Assembly: GCA_037190965.1 (NCBI GenBank)
Contig: JBBCKI010000028.1
Span: forward strand, 1 to 64,000
Direction: 5' to 3'
Origin: Chthoniobacteraceae bacterium
GTDB taxonomy: Bacteria > Verrucomicrobiota > Verrucomicrobiia > Chthoniobacterales > Chthoniobacteraceae
DNA length: 64,000 nt
Shown: positions 41,654-51,428 of the stretch, one piece after another
Numbering within the stretch: the stretch's first letter is position 1
How the letters are laid out: every line of letters begins with the position of its first letter
Notes under the pieces: generated by a model
Database searches by the model: none
What the model was told of the DNA's origin: nothing
Seen by the model: the letters and a program-made list of their open reading frames with translations, nothing else
Translations under genes and position numbers: made by a program

Positions 41654-41800
41654 GGTAGGCCGCTCGCGCCGTCGAGCGCGGGATCGATGAAGAGTCGCGT
41701 TTGGCGTCCATCCCCGCAGGACGGGCTGCTGGTATCGGGATGCAGCCCTCATGAAGCCAAGGAAGCCGATACTCGCGCTCGACGGCGCGAGCGGGCTACC
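41654..41800. repeat. Inverted pair of GTAG-type REP sequences (REPIN-like)
   Basis: ggtaggccgctcgcgccgtcgagcgcg (41654-41680) and inverted copy cgcgctcgacggcgcgagcgggctacc (41774-41800), 26/27 identical, each with a GCTCG/CGAGC hairpin. Confidence 0.75.
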
Positions 41801-42629
41801 TTGCGCTCTCCACTGAAAGCGCCTGACTTTCCTTCGTAGCTTCCAGCGATTGGAGAAATCGAAGCAGATCGGTACAAGCCATCCTTTGGGATCGACGGCT
41901 CATGGCATAAAAGAATCCATGCTCTGCCGCGGGGTAGATCCGGTAGTCAGCCCGTGCTCCAAGGGCCTTTAGCTGTCCGACCCATTCTATCGTCTGATCG
42001 TTGGGAAACATATGCTCGCATTCCCCGAGCAGGAAAAAAAGGGGTGGAGAATCAGAATCTCCATACCGCCGCGGAGAGAAACGCCGGTAACGCTCCGGCT
42101 CCTCTGCATAGGGAACGCCGACTGCTTCGCAAATCGCGTTCCAGCTTTCCGGGAACATCTCATCCCACGGTTCAAAGGTGATCGCGGCACAACTGACAGC
42201 GACGCCTGCCACTCCGGGAGTCGCTCCACGAAAGCTCTCCCCGCAAGCGCCCTGAGCGGCCAGCCCGGCTAGAAGCGCCAAGTGCCCTCCTGCCGAAGAT
42301 CCGTAGAGCACAAACGGCTGTTCTATTCCCTGCATTCTCAAGTGGTGATCCGCCAGGGCCATTCCTTCCCGGATATCGCCAACCTGCACTGCCGGGTCTG
42401 CGTCTTTCAAGCGGTAGTCCAAGGAAACACAAGGATACCCCCGCTGAAAGAATGCCGTCATAATATCGTGCATCTGATCCCTCCGCCCTTGCCTCCACCC
42501 TCCGCCGTGAATGAAGCAAAGCGTGAGCGGTTGAAGGATCGGAGCGGGCGGAATCCACAGGTCGAGCGCTCGTCCGGCTCGCGGAATGCCGTCGTAGTAG
42601 AGCGATGTATAAACAAAGGCTTCTCTCAT
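41796..42629 (-). CDS. Alpha/beta hydrolase (HSL-like carbohydrate esterase candidate)
   Basis: FIHGGGW, LDYRL, GSSAGGHLA nucleophile elbow, AEHGF. Confidence 0.88.
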   Translation of the reverse strand: MREAFVYTSLYYDGIPRAGRALDLWIPPAPILQPLTLCFIHGGGWRQGRRDQMHDIMTAFFQRGYPCVSLDYRLKDADPAVQVGDIREGMALADHHLRMQGIEQPFVLYGSSAGGHLALLAGLAAQGACGESFRGATPGVAGVAVSCAAITFEPWDEMFPESWNAICEAVGVPYAEEPERYRRFSPRRYGDSDSPPLFFLLGECEHMFPNDQTIEWVGQLKALGARADYRIYPAAEHGFFYAMSRRSQRMACTDLLRFLQSLEATKESQALSVESAR

Positions 42630-45010
42630 GGCTGTCTGGAAGGAGGGAGGAACGGCGATAGCACGCCGGAGACAAAGACCATCTCCTCGTTGAGTTTTTC
42701 ACCTTTCTTGAAGATGATTGCGACATTCCCGTCTGCCGACACAGGAACGGACGAGATATTCTCCATCACCAAAAGCCGCGGTGCTTTCTCCAGGTTGACC
42801 ATTCCCCGCTGAGACAGGCCATTGAAGAATCGGCTGCTTCCTCCTGCCATGTAGAGGGTGCCCTGATCGGAGTAATTCACGATGTTGGCCATGCCGCCGG
42901 ACTCCCCCCCAAAGCGGTTGTTGAGCGCGTAGAGGCTGCCGTAATTATCGATCCAGCGGGTGTTCCGGCTCTGCTTCCACTCTTTAATTGCTTCGGGGCG
43001 CTTGCCGCGTTTGCCATCCCAGAGCGTCGGGTTCATGAGGTTCCCTTCAATGCGCATCCTGCCACCATGGTTCTCGATAAAGGCCCGATGATTCAGACGC
43101 GGGTCGTTGACTAGCCATGCCTCTTTGATCTGTGCCTTGGACGCGTTTGTGACCAGCGCCTGATGACCGGCAAAGACGCCGCCGCGGATCGAAATCTCCC
43201 CGCGATTTTCCGCGCCTTCCTTTCCGCTGAAATAGCGAATCCCCACGCCGGTCTGATTGACAAAGGAGCAATCCTCGAAAGCCACGCGCGCCTTCGCGTC
43301 GGGAGTGCTCTTGACATCCACCCCGTCCTTTCCTCCCTCAAAGAAACATCCTTTGAACAAGGCTTGTTCAATCCCTTTGCCTTCAAATAAAGTTTGACCG
43401 GGATCTTTCGCGGAAAAGATTACTCTCCCCTCCGCCTTTACCACGACACGTTGGGGTAGTGTTACCGGAGTTGCGAAACGATAGAGGCCGGGAGGGAAGA
43501 TCACGACGCTATCGCCTTTTTGCGAGGCTTCCTTGAAGATCCTGCTGATGATCTCATCCACCTCCTGATTGGAGGCAGCTTTCAGTCCGAAATCGACCGC
43601 GTAGATAACCGGTCGGGCTTCGCGCTCGAGATCGGCGGAGGTCCACTCCAGTTCCGGCAGGAAGCTTCGCTCGATGGCTTCATGAGGGATCGCCTTTTCC
43701 TCAAGCGCGGTGATCGTTTCGGGAAGTGGGGTGGAGATATTCGCGCTGTTTCCGGAAAGCCGGACGCGGAACCAGGTGCGAGGCACCAAGGCATTGTTGG
43801 GCGGGATCAGCGCGTGCAGCATTTCCTCATCGGGTGGGAGTTCCCATCGGATGGCCTCGACCGGGCGCCCGGTGGTCTCGGTGACGTTCGTCAAAGAAAG
43901 CAGACTGGGCTGGTTGCCCTTGGAGAGCCAGCAGAGGGCATTGTTCGCTCCCCCGGCCGCCTTGATCCTGCTGTTCCTGATGTTAATGCAGAAGCCGCCA
44001 ATGGTTATCGATACCGGCTTGGGGGAACGAGAAACCCGGATAAAGTCGACGCCTTGCCCGCCTTCCGTGTCGAAATCGAGGTGATCGCCGGAAAGAATGC
44101 CGCCTCCTTCTATCCAATAGGGGGCGCGTTCTTTCTCCGGACGCAGAATGCCCTTGATGTTTACAAGATTAGCCATTCCGCTGGGAAGATTCAGCATGGG
44201 GAGACCGTGCCGCCCGCCTCCGGTGATGCGGCAATTGCGCAGGCTGGTGTCGTCGCACTGGAGATCCGCCGCGCCGGCGCAGTCGATGAATTCAGAGTCG
44301 GAAATGACGAATAGCGTGGAGTTAAACCATTCGCCAAGGTTCTCGCCTTTATTGGGTTGCAGGGTGGGCCGCCCGTTGCTCCATTCCACTCCGTAGGGTG
44401 CCCACGGCTTGGTGTGGTCCAACTCCCGGTCGGTACCGGTGAACTTTGTTTCGGTATACGACTGGCATTCCACCGCGTAACCGCCGGAGCGGGTGAACGT
44501 GCAGTTGAAGACGTTAATCTCCGCAGGCCCGAGATTGTTCGTCCAGAATCTAAGCTGCGTTTTCCCGCCGACAAAAGAGAAGCCCTCCACCCGGTGTCGG
44601 GCGGTGCTGTGAAAGTAGAAGATCTCGTGATCGGGATTCGCCTGTTCAACCGTGACCTCCCCAAGAGAGCGAAGGTGAATGGGGACGGTAAAGACGATGG
44701 GGCGCGTGATACGATAGTGGCCCTTCGGAAAGACGACTTCCGGCACTGCCCAGATATTGAATCCGTTAACCATATGTCCCCAATGCCCTCCCTTTAGATG
44801 AAGAGAGGACCTGGATTCCACAGCAGCCTGTACGGCGGCCTGAATGGCATCGGTATCGTCGGCTACTCCATCGCCCTTTGCGCCAAAGCGGGCGACATCG
44901 TGAGCGGAGGATGGGGTTGAAAGGGGCGGAACCGCCGCCCCGGTATCCCCGGAAGCAGCAGCTATCGTCAAAAGGGGAACTGCAACCCCAAAAAGGATGG
45001 ATCGGAACAT
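42626..45010 (-). CDS. Secreted parallel beta-helix protein (pectate_lyase_3/GH28/GH55-like) with two tandem N-terminal-type motifs
   Basis: DVARFGAKGDGVADDTDAIQAA...VVFPKGHYRITRPI and a second AVDFGL...VVIFPPGLYRF. Confidence 0.78.
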   Translation of the reverse strand: MFRSILFGVAVPLLTIAAASGDTGAAVPPLSTPSSAHDVARFGAKGDGVADDTDAIQAAVQAAVESRSSLHLKGGHWGHMVNGFNIWAVPEVVFPKGHYRITRPIVFTVPIHLRSLGEVTVEQANPDHEIFYFHSTARHRVEGFSFVGGKTQLRFWTNNLGPAEINVFNCTFTRSGGYAVECQSYTETKFTGTDRELDHTKPWAPYGVEWSNGRPTLQPNKGENLGEWFNSTLFVISDSEFIDCAGAADLQCDDTSLRNCRITGGGRHGLPMLNLPSGMANLVNIKGILRPEKERAPYWIEGGGILSGDHLDFDTEGGQGVDFIRVSRSPKPVSITIGGFCINIRNSRIKAAGGANNALCWLSKGNQPSLLSLTNVTETTGRPVEAIRWELPPDEEMLHALIPPNNALVPRTWFRVRLSGNSANISTPLPETITALEEKAIPHEAIERSFLPELEWTSADLEREARPVIYAVDFGLKAASNQEVDEIISRIFKEASQKGDSVVIFPPGLYRFATPVTLPQRVVVKAEGRVIFSAKDPGQTLFEGKGIEQALFKGCFFEGGKDGVDVKSTPDAKARVAFEDCSFVNQTGVGIRYFSGKEGAENRGEISIRGGVFAGHQALVTNASKAQIKEAWLVNDPRLNHRAFIENHGGRMRIEGNLMNPTLWDGKRGKRPEAIKEWKQSRNTRWIDNYGSLYALNNRFGGESGGMANIVNYSDQGTLYMAGGSSRFFNGLSQRGMVNLEKAPRLLVMENISSVPVSADGNVAIIFKKGEKLNEEMVFVSGVLSPFLPPSRQP

Positions 45011-45058
45011 GGAACAGGAAGAAGGACCCGTTTTCTCACAGAGCCTTTGGCAATGGAG

Positions 45059-45691
45059 CTACTCGGGAAAGATGTGAAGGAGATTGACGTTGGAGAGGCT
45101 CTCTACGTGCCCGTCGGCGTAGAGGCCATTGAAGCGGCCGGAGTGGCATTTGCCGATCCGCTCCGGCGTGGCGGTTGAGAATCCGGAGACAGCAGCATCA
45201 ACTGGCGCATCCGTAATCATCAGAAAGCTGGCGGGATACTGGAGCTGCGACCGGCCCCCCCGGAAGAGACTTTGGCCAACGGCGTTCAGATTTCCGAGAT
45301 GGAAGTTGTAAGCATAGCTATCATACCGGTTCGGGTGCTCCGGGCAGCCGTTGATGCCGCTGGCTTGATTCCAGCGGGCAACGGTGGCGTTGTCGGATGC
45401 TCCGCCAAGCAGGTAGTTGAGGACCAGCGGGCTGCTGAAGTGGTACCACGCCCGGCCGTCATTGAAGGGATACGAACCCGGGAATCTCCCCTGGAAATCC
45501 GATGTGTATTGGTGAATGACGGTTCCCCATTGCTTGAGATTGGAAATGCATTGCGTCTGCCTTGCGGCCTCGGCAGCCCTTTGCGAGAAGCTGACCAGAA
45601 GCCCTGCAAGGACAACCAGGACGCTAACAGCTATCAGCAACTCAACGAGGCTGAAAGCGCTTCGAGGTTCTCTGGGGGAGGGCAATCGCAT
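45059..45691 (-). CDS. Prepilin-type N-terminal cleavage/methylation protein with H-X9-DG domain
   Basis: SAFSLVELLIAV, CISNLKQWG, GCP, SYAYN, HSGRFNGLYADGH. Confidence 0.9.
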   Translation of the reverse strand: MRLPSPREPRSAFSLVELLIAVSVLVVLAGLLVSFSQRAAEAARQTQCISNLKQWGTVIHQYTSDFQGRFPGSYPFNDGRAWYHFSSPLVLNYLLGGASDNATVARWNQASGINGCPEHPNRYDSYAYNFHLGNLNAVGQSLFRGGRSQLQYPASFLMITDAPVDAAVSGFSTATPERIGKCHSGRFNGLYADGHVESLSNVNLLHIFPE

Positions 45692-45720
45692 CGGTTTGGT
45701 GGGTATATTCCGATGGAGCC

Positions 45721-46410
45721 TTACTTCGTCCCCTTGAGGTGTTTGCTCAACAAAAATCCGACCCCCATAAACGGGATGAGCAAGCCCATGGCGGACACCT
45801 CCGGAATGGCGGTGCCTTCAATGTACATGGTGAGGCCCCGCGTAGTATAGCGACCATAGGCGCCGGTATCCTTGTACCATGTGAAAGAGTTCTGGCCAGC
45901 GGCATTGGTATTGGCGATCACAAAATTCACCGAGGTATTCAAATCATGCGAGCGGAGCATGAAGATGTAATATTTATCCTTATCAAGATTCACCGGACCC
46001 GCCAGTTCAAAGCGGAGAAAGGTATTGTTAGTAAGGGAACCGGGGAAGGTGCCCGTGTCTTCCGCAATCAGGTTGCCTGCGGAGGGAGCCTCTGAGGCAC
46101 TATTTGTCTGGTAGATGCTGAGCGTGAAAGTCTTGGTGGCGGCACCAGGCTGAGTGACTGCAAACGGAAGCGTAATGGCGGTAACAGCGAGCCTCTGTGT
46201 GGCGTAGAACGATTGGCCCAATTCGTATTGGTTATTCCACGAGTAGCTGATGGAACCGCTCCCCGCGTCGGTCGGAATATGCTGAAGGACCAGCCCACTG
46301 GTGGGAGCGGTGGCCGGGTTGGTAACGATCACGCTGGCAGAAGCGGGAACCGCTTTGCCGAGAAGAAGGAGGACCAGGGGAAGGGCGGTAGGGAGGCGTT
46401 TGAGTTTCAT
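45721..46410 (-). CDS. PEP-CTERM-like surface protein (IPEV variant)
   Basis: Signal peptide ending ASA; C-term AIPEVS + hydrophobic helix + KHLKGTK. Confidence 0.75.
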   Translation of the reverse strand: MKLKRLPTALPLVLLLLGKAVPASASVIVTNPATAPTSGLVLQHIPTDAGSGSISYSWNNQYELGQSFYATQRLAVTAITLPFAVTQPGAATKTFTLSIYQTNSASEAPSAGNLIAEDTGTFPGSLTNNTFLRFELAGPVNLDKDKYYIFMLRSHDLNTSVNFVIANTNAAGQNSFTWYKDTGAYGRYTTRGLTMYIEGTAIPEVSAMGLLIPFMGVGFLLSKHLKGTK

Positions 46411-46490
46411 GGATAGGAGTAGGGGTGAAGAGAAGGCGGGGTCCTGCCTGAAGCAGATACTCAGCCCTGAGGGTTGTTGTTTCAACCTCA

Positions 46491-46527
46491 CGGTACCGCA
46501 TAATACCAAAGGAAAGTGGAGCGTCAA
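46491..46527 (-). promoter_or_regulatory. Candidate sigma70 promoter with palindromic operator near +1
   Basis: Minus strand TTGACG-16 nt-TATTAT with extended TG; CGGTACCG palindrome (46491-46498) just downstream. Confidence 0.6.
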
Positions 46528-46640
46528 TCCCTTTTTCGAAATCGGCCTTTTGCTTTCCAGTTGTGATGAAGGATTCGAGAAGGTATTTTGTGGTTCCAGG
46601 CTTTCCTTTTTCCGTTTTTTGCCTGAATTTCCTCTCCTTC

Positions 46641-47786
46641 ATGTCTGACCTTTCCGCTCCCCGCAGTAAACCGGTGCAAAAGCCGAAGAGTTCGTCGATT
46701 GCTCCCTCGGAGAATACGGCCGATCCGATGGAGAATCAGATCGAACTGCACTACACGCATGAAATCCTTTCGGGCAAGCTCCCGCCGGGCACGCGCCTTC
46801 CCTCCAACCAGAGTTTGGCAGGACAGTGGTCCACGAGCTGCCGGACGATTCAGCGGGCGATGGCCAGCTTGACGGCTCTGGGACTGATCGAGCGAACGGC
46901 GAGTCGGGGAACTTTTGTGCGAAGCCGTGAGCAGCAGGCGCTGGTGGGCGTGCTCATGGGGCCGAGCCTTGTTGACGATGTATCCGGCTACTACCGGATG
47001 ATCTGGTCGGCGCTGCAGACGGAGTTGAGTTCTGCGTATCTCTCTGCCCGCATCTATGACAGCCTGGATCAAAGTTATTCCTCGCCGCACAGGGACACGC
47101 AGATCAGCTATCTAAATGCCGATCTGAAGTACCACACGTTTACCGGCTTTATTGAAATCGCCACGCTGGGGGTTCCGGCGGGCATTCACCCCGTTGGCTA
47201 TCCCCGCGCGGTCTATGAACCGAAGCGGGAGGATAACGATGTGTCCTACGATTTCGAAGGGATCGGCCGACAGATTGTGCACGATTTTCATCGCAATGGA
47301 GTTCGCCGACTCTGGATTTTCCGTTCCAGCCCGGATCCCTCTTCGCGCGATCTTGAGGTGAAAGCGGCTTTAAAGGCGGCGCGCGATCTGGGGATGCCGA
47401 AGCCGGAGGTCTTCAATATTCCGGCAGAGCACGAGGGCTACTATGTGGAAAAGGAAACGCATGACTGCCTGATCCGGAAGCTTGCCGGGCTGCCGCGAAG
47501 GCAGCTGCCGGAGGGGCTGATGATGACGACGGATGTGGCCGCGAAAGGAGCTGTCATGGCGTTGCTCAAGCATGGCGTTGAGATTCCCCGGCAGGTGAAG
47601 ATCGCGGTGGTTACGGCGGAGAACTCGCGGGTTTACTACTCCGTGCCGGTCCAGCAGTACTGCCTGCCTATTCAGAAGCTGGCTTCATCATTGGCCACTG
47701 TGCTGAGAGATCGCATTGCGAAGAAAACCTCGGTGGAAACGCCGATCATCCTGCAAGGATGGCTGGAAAGCGAAAAGGGATCGTAG
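46641..47786 (+). CDS. GntR-HTH plus LacI-type sugar-binding domain regulator (AraR-like)
   Basis: ILSGKLPPGTRLPSNQSLA...TIQRAMASL..LGLIER..SRGTFV; C-term DVAAKGAVMALLKHGVEIPRQVKI; start 46641 or 46728. Confidence 0.85.
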   Translation: MSDLSAPRSKPVQKPKSSSIAPSENTADPMENQIELHYTHEILSGKLPPGTRLPSNQSLAGQWSTSCRTIQRAMASLTALGLIERTASRGTFVRSREQQALVGVLMGPSLVDDVSGYYRMIWSALQTELSSAYLSARIYDSLDQSYSSPHRDTQISYLNADLKYHTFTGFIEIATLGVPAGIHPVGYPRAVYEPKREDNDVSYDFEGIGRQIVHDFHRNGVRRLWIFRSSPDPSSRDLEVKAALKAARDLGMPKPEVFNIPAEHEGYYVEKETHDCLIRKLAGLPRRQLPEGLMMTTDVAAKGAVMALLKHGVEIPRQVKIAVVTAENSRVYYSVPVQQYCLPIQKLASSLATVLRDRIAKKTSVETPIILQGWLESEKGS

Positions 47787-47957
47787 CCCAGAACGTTCTT
47801 GATGGCCGGATGGGACAGGCGGGTATCGCCGTGAGCTAGTTTGCCGCGTTCCCTTTCCGGCCCGGTTGCGTGGGCTAGGAGATACTGCAAGCTATTGAAG
47901 CGATAGTGCAATCCTTCAAGTTTGATTCTTGCCATCCATGGAGGGACGATAGCGGCA

Positions 47958-49823
47958 ATGATTTCCCGCTCTCATCATCAACCCTCGGCAGCAGCCTCTG
48001 CGCATATCGGTCAGCCGGTCCCAGCCTTGCGCATCTGGCGTTCCTGGCGGTCGAAGTTTGGCGATGGGAACAGAGACCAGCCTGGAGATGACTTGGGAGA
48101 TGAGGTGATCACCGCAGAGGTGGTGTACGACGATGCCGAACTGCAGCGGGTCGCGCGGCAGGGCTTTAATGGAATCTGGGTGCACGGCATCCTGCGGCAT
48201 CTCGTCTCCGTCTGCCCATTTCCGGAGTTGGGGGATAATGCCGGGATTCAGCAGGTAGCATTGGAGCGCTTGATCGCCAGGGCGGCACGGCACGGATTGA
48301 AGGTCTGGCTTTACCTTCAGCCCCCGCGAGCGGTGCCGGTATCATGGTCGCATTTTTGGGAGAAGCACCCGGAGGTTGGAGGCGAAGAGATGGAGGTGCC
48401 CGGAAGCCCCGGGGAACCCGATGCGTGTTTTCGGTCGCTCTGTACTTCCACACAACCGGTCAAAGATTGGATTTACCACGCGTCTGCGGAACTGGCCGCG
48501 ACGTTCCCTGAGATGGGGGGAGTGATCCTGATTACGAGTTCGGAATTCCCCTCGCATTGCTACACGCACCGCACCCGTTATGAGCCGACAGACTGGTGCC
48601 CTACCATTTCCTGCCCCCGTTGTGCCAATCGTGAACCGGAGGAAGTGACCGCAGAGGTGGTCACGCTGGTTCATGCAGGGATTGCCTCGAAGTCGGAAAC
48701 GATGGAAGTGATCGCGTGGAACTGGTCGTGGGCATGGCGAGGGGATTCATACGAGCAGGTGATTGCCCGTTTGCCTCAGGAAGTGATCCTGATGGCCGAT
48801 TATGAGCGCGGCGGCTTCCGCGATCTGCCGGGCCGGAAAGCATTTCTGGTTGATGAATATTCACTAGGGTATAGCGGCCCATCCGAACGCTTCCAGCGAT
48901 GTGCCCTGGCGGCGAGGGCTCGGGGGATGCGCGTGATGGCGAAGCTTCAGCTTGGCACCACTCATGAGCTGGCTTCGGTGGTGAGTCTCCCGATCATCGG
49001 CAGTCTCTATGACAAGGCCGTGGCATTGGTGAAAGATGAGGCCACCGGGTTTATGGGGTGCTGGAATTTCGGGAATTATCCGAGCACGAATACAGTCGCC
49101 TTCATGGAGTTCCTGCGACAGGGGACTGGCGCAGACAAGGAAGCGGTGCTGGAGCATTTTGCGCGGGAGCGTTTCCCCGGTTGCAGCCCCGGCCTGACGA
49201 GAAGAGCGTGGGAACTTTTTGAAACGGCGATGCTATACTTCCCCTTTACCATTGCCTTTCTCTATCATGGGGCACATCCATACACGCTGGCTTACCATGA
49301 GATTTATCACCCGACGGACCTGAGCGGCAAGCCTGCCGGCCGGAGTTGGCTCGGGGATAACCGGGGTGACGACCTTTCCAATAGCTACCTGTTGCATCAC
49401 ACGCAATTTAATCTGGACGAAATCATTGATCGGCTCGGGCATCTTGCCGCACTCTGGCAGCACGGCGTCGCGCTGCTCACGGAGGCACTCGCGGGAGTTC
49501 AGACCGAGGAGGCGCGGCAGGAACTGGGGAATGCGGTGATCTGCGGCGCCATCTGGAAAAGCACGGAGCGCACTTACCGGATCTTTCGCCTTCGGAAGGC
49601 ATGGAGCGATGCCGCCCGCGCTGAGTACCTAAAACTGGCTGGCGAGGAGGAAGAGCTTCTTGGGCAGGTGCTTCCCTGGGTCGAGGCAGACGAGCGGCAG
49701 GGATTTCATCTGGAGCCGCATGTCCGGATGTTCGGTGCAGAGTCGATCCGCCATAAAATCAATCATCTAAAGGAACAGCTTTCCTCACTGCTCCCGCCTC
49801 AATCGCGAAAGAGGTGGAACTGA
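47958..49823 (+). CDS. Hypothetical glycoside hydrolase-like TIM-barrel protein
   Basis: GFNGIWV, LIARAARHGLKVWLY, FPEMGGVILITSSE, CPRC, AWNWSW, EYSL. Confidence 0.6.
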   Translation: MISRSHHQPSAAASAHIGQPVPALRIWRSWRSKFGDGNRDQPGDDLGDEVITAEVVYDDAELQRVARQGFNGIWVHGILRHLVSVCPFPELGDNAGIQQVALERLIARAARHGLKVWLYLQPPRAVPVSWSHFWEKHPEVGGEEMEVPGSPGEPDACFRSLCTSTQPVKDWIYHASAELAATFPEMGGVILITSSEFPSHCYTHRTRYEPTDWCPTISCPRCANREPEEVTAEVVTLVHAGIASKSETMEVIAWNWSWAWRGDSYEQVIARLPQEVILMADYERGGFRDLPGRKAFLVDEYSLGYSGPSERFQRCALAARARGMRVMAKLQLGTTHELASVVSLPIIGSLYDKAVALVKDEATGFMGCWNFGNYPSTNTVAFMEFLRQGTGADKEAVLEHFARERFPGCSPGLTRRAWELFETAMLYFPFTIAFLYHGAHPYTLAYHEIYHPTDLSGKPAGRSWLGDNRGDDLSNSYLLHHTQFNLDEIIDRLGHLAALWQHGVALLTEALAGVQTEEARQELGNAVICGAIWKSTERTYRIFRLRKAWSDAARAEYLKLAGEEEELLGQVLPWVEADERQGFHLEPHVRMFGAESIRHKINHLKEQLSSLLPPQSRKRWN

Positions 49824-49836
49824 ATCTACATTGACC

Positions 49837-50673
49837 ATGAGTTTACCGATGAAACGAAAATTGAAAGATCGCCTTTGGCTTTGGGGACAGAGCGCGGGAA
49901 GTCACCACGGCTCCGCAGGAAACAAGGTTTGGAAGCTGCCGGGCGTGAACCGGATGGAAGCCGCCGAGGGGGCTGCTTATCTGGGGATTGAGAGGATGTG
50001 CCGGGTGGTAATGGGCGGCCAGCCCCTACCGCCATTCGACGCCGAGCAGGAAAGGCTCGCCGGGATGAAGGAGGTGATCTGGTCGGCGGTGGGTGATAGC
50101 GGTTCCATTCGGAATAACTCGACGAGCGATCTCTGTGAAGTGCTGCGGCTGGCGGAGACGCACCCGAACATCTCAGGCGCGGTACTGGACGATTTCTTCC
50201 GGGCGAAAGCGACGCCGGAGTCGTCCCACGGCAGATATAGCGTCGAGAGTGTCCAGTCGATGCGCGACCAGCTTGCGGCATTCCCCGCGCGGCCCCTTGA
50301 TCTCTGGATTGTCTGGTATAAGGAGGAGCTTGATTTCGATATCGATGACTATTTGGGGATCTTCGATGTCATTACCTTCTGGAATATGATGGCCCCGGCT
50401 CACCATGCGGAATGGGAGGCCGATATTGCGAAGGTGGTTGCGCGGACCCCGGGCAAGCGACGCCTGGCCGGATGCTATTTGTGGAACTACGGTGAGGGAA
50501 AGCCGCTGGGAGTGGATGAGATCCGTGCCCAGTGCGAGACTTACCTCGAGTGGATCAGGCGCGGAGAGATCGAGGGGATCATCTTTTGCTCGAACTGCTG
50601 TGCCGACCTCGGCTTGGAAGCCGTGGAGTGGGTGCGCCAGTGGATCCAGGAGCGGGGGGAGGAAGTGGTATAA
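49837..50673 (+). CDS. Hypothetical protein (possible small TIM barrel)
   Basis: About 280-aa ORF inside the operon; LWLWG, HPNISGAVLDDFF, DVITFW, GCYLWNYG. Confidence 0.65.
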   Translation: MSLPMKRKLKDRLWLWGQSAGSHHGSAGNKVWKLPGVNRMEAAEGAAYLGIERMCRVVMGGQPLPPFDAEQERLAGMKEVIWSAVGDSGSIRNNSTSDLCEVLRLAETHPNISGAVLDDFFRAKATPESSHGRYSVESVQSMRDQLAAFPARPLDLWIVWYKEELDFDIDDYLGIFDVITFWNMMAPAHHAEWEADIAKVVARTPGKRRLAGCYLWNYGEGKPLGVDEIRAQCETYLEWIRRGEIEGIIFCSNCCADLGLEAVEWVRQWIQERGEEVV

Positions 50674-50681
50674 GAGGAAAT

Positions 50682-51398
50682 ATGACGAAGCTCAGACATA
50701 GAACAGCAGAATCGGGAGCCGGGCAGTGCAGATGCGAGGCTCCGATGGGTTTTAGCCTCACTGAGTTGTTGGTTGTCATCGCGATTATCGCGGTTCTTCT
50801 GAGCATCATGTTTCCAGTCTTGGGTAGCTTCCGCAAGAACAGCCAGTCTGTCCAGTGTATGCATAATCTCAGAAAGCTGGGCATGGCCTGGGTTCTCTAT
50901 TCCAACGATAATAAAGGCTACCTCCCGCCCATCTTTCGCCCCGCCGAAAGTCCGTCCGACTCCGGGAAAACGTGGGGAATGATTCTGACAGATCTGGGGC
51001 TGGTTCCGCCGCTCTGGGATGACGCCAGCTTTAAGGCCTGGTATTGCCCGGGATGGGCGCCCGCTTCCCCAACCGCACCCGGAGGAGGTGCTCCCTGGAC
51101 CAATATCTACGGGGGCCTCCTCTACCGCGATTCGCTGGATGACGAACGTCGCCTGAGCGAGATTCCCGGCACGACCCCTTTGCTGGCAGACAGCATCAAC
51201 GAAGCCTCCGGGTTTCCCCACTACTACATTCCCGTGCATCAACCGGGTACGACGATCAAAATCCACCTCCGCCATAACAAAAAGGCAAACCTCTTCTTCG
51301 CGGACGGGCATGGAGAAAGCGTAACCGCTGAACGCCTGGGCCAGATTCAGTACGGTGGCACTCCCATTACCAGCTGGTCGGAACGGGAATCCCCCTAA
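50682..51398 (+). CDS. Prepilin-type N-terminal cleavage/methylation protein with H-X9-DG domain
   Basis: MGFSLTELLVVIAIIAVL, CMHNLRKLG, WYCPG, HNKKANLFFADGH; GAGG before ATG 50682. Confidence 0.9.
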   Translation: MTKLRHRTAESGAGQCRCEAPMGFSLTELLVVIAIIAVLLSIMFPVLGSFRKNSQSVQCMHNLRKLGMAWVLYSNDNKGYLPPIFRPAESPSDSGKTWGMILTDLGLVPPLWDDASFKAWYCPGWAPASPTAPGGGAPWTNIYGGLLYRDSLDDERRLSEIPGTTPLLADSINEASGFPHYYIPVHQPGTTIKIHLRHNKKANLFFADGHGESVTAERLGQIQYGGTPITSWSERESP

Positions 51399-51428
51399 CA
51401 CGAAGTTTTTTCTTACGACATTCATCCA

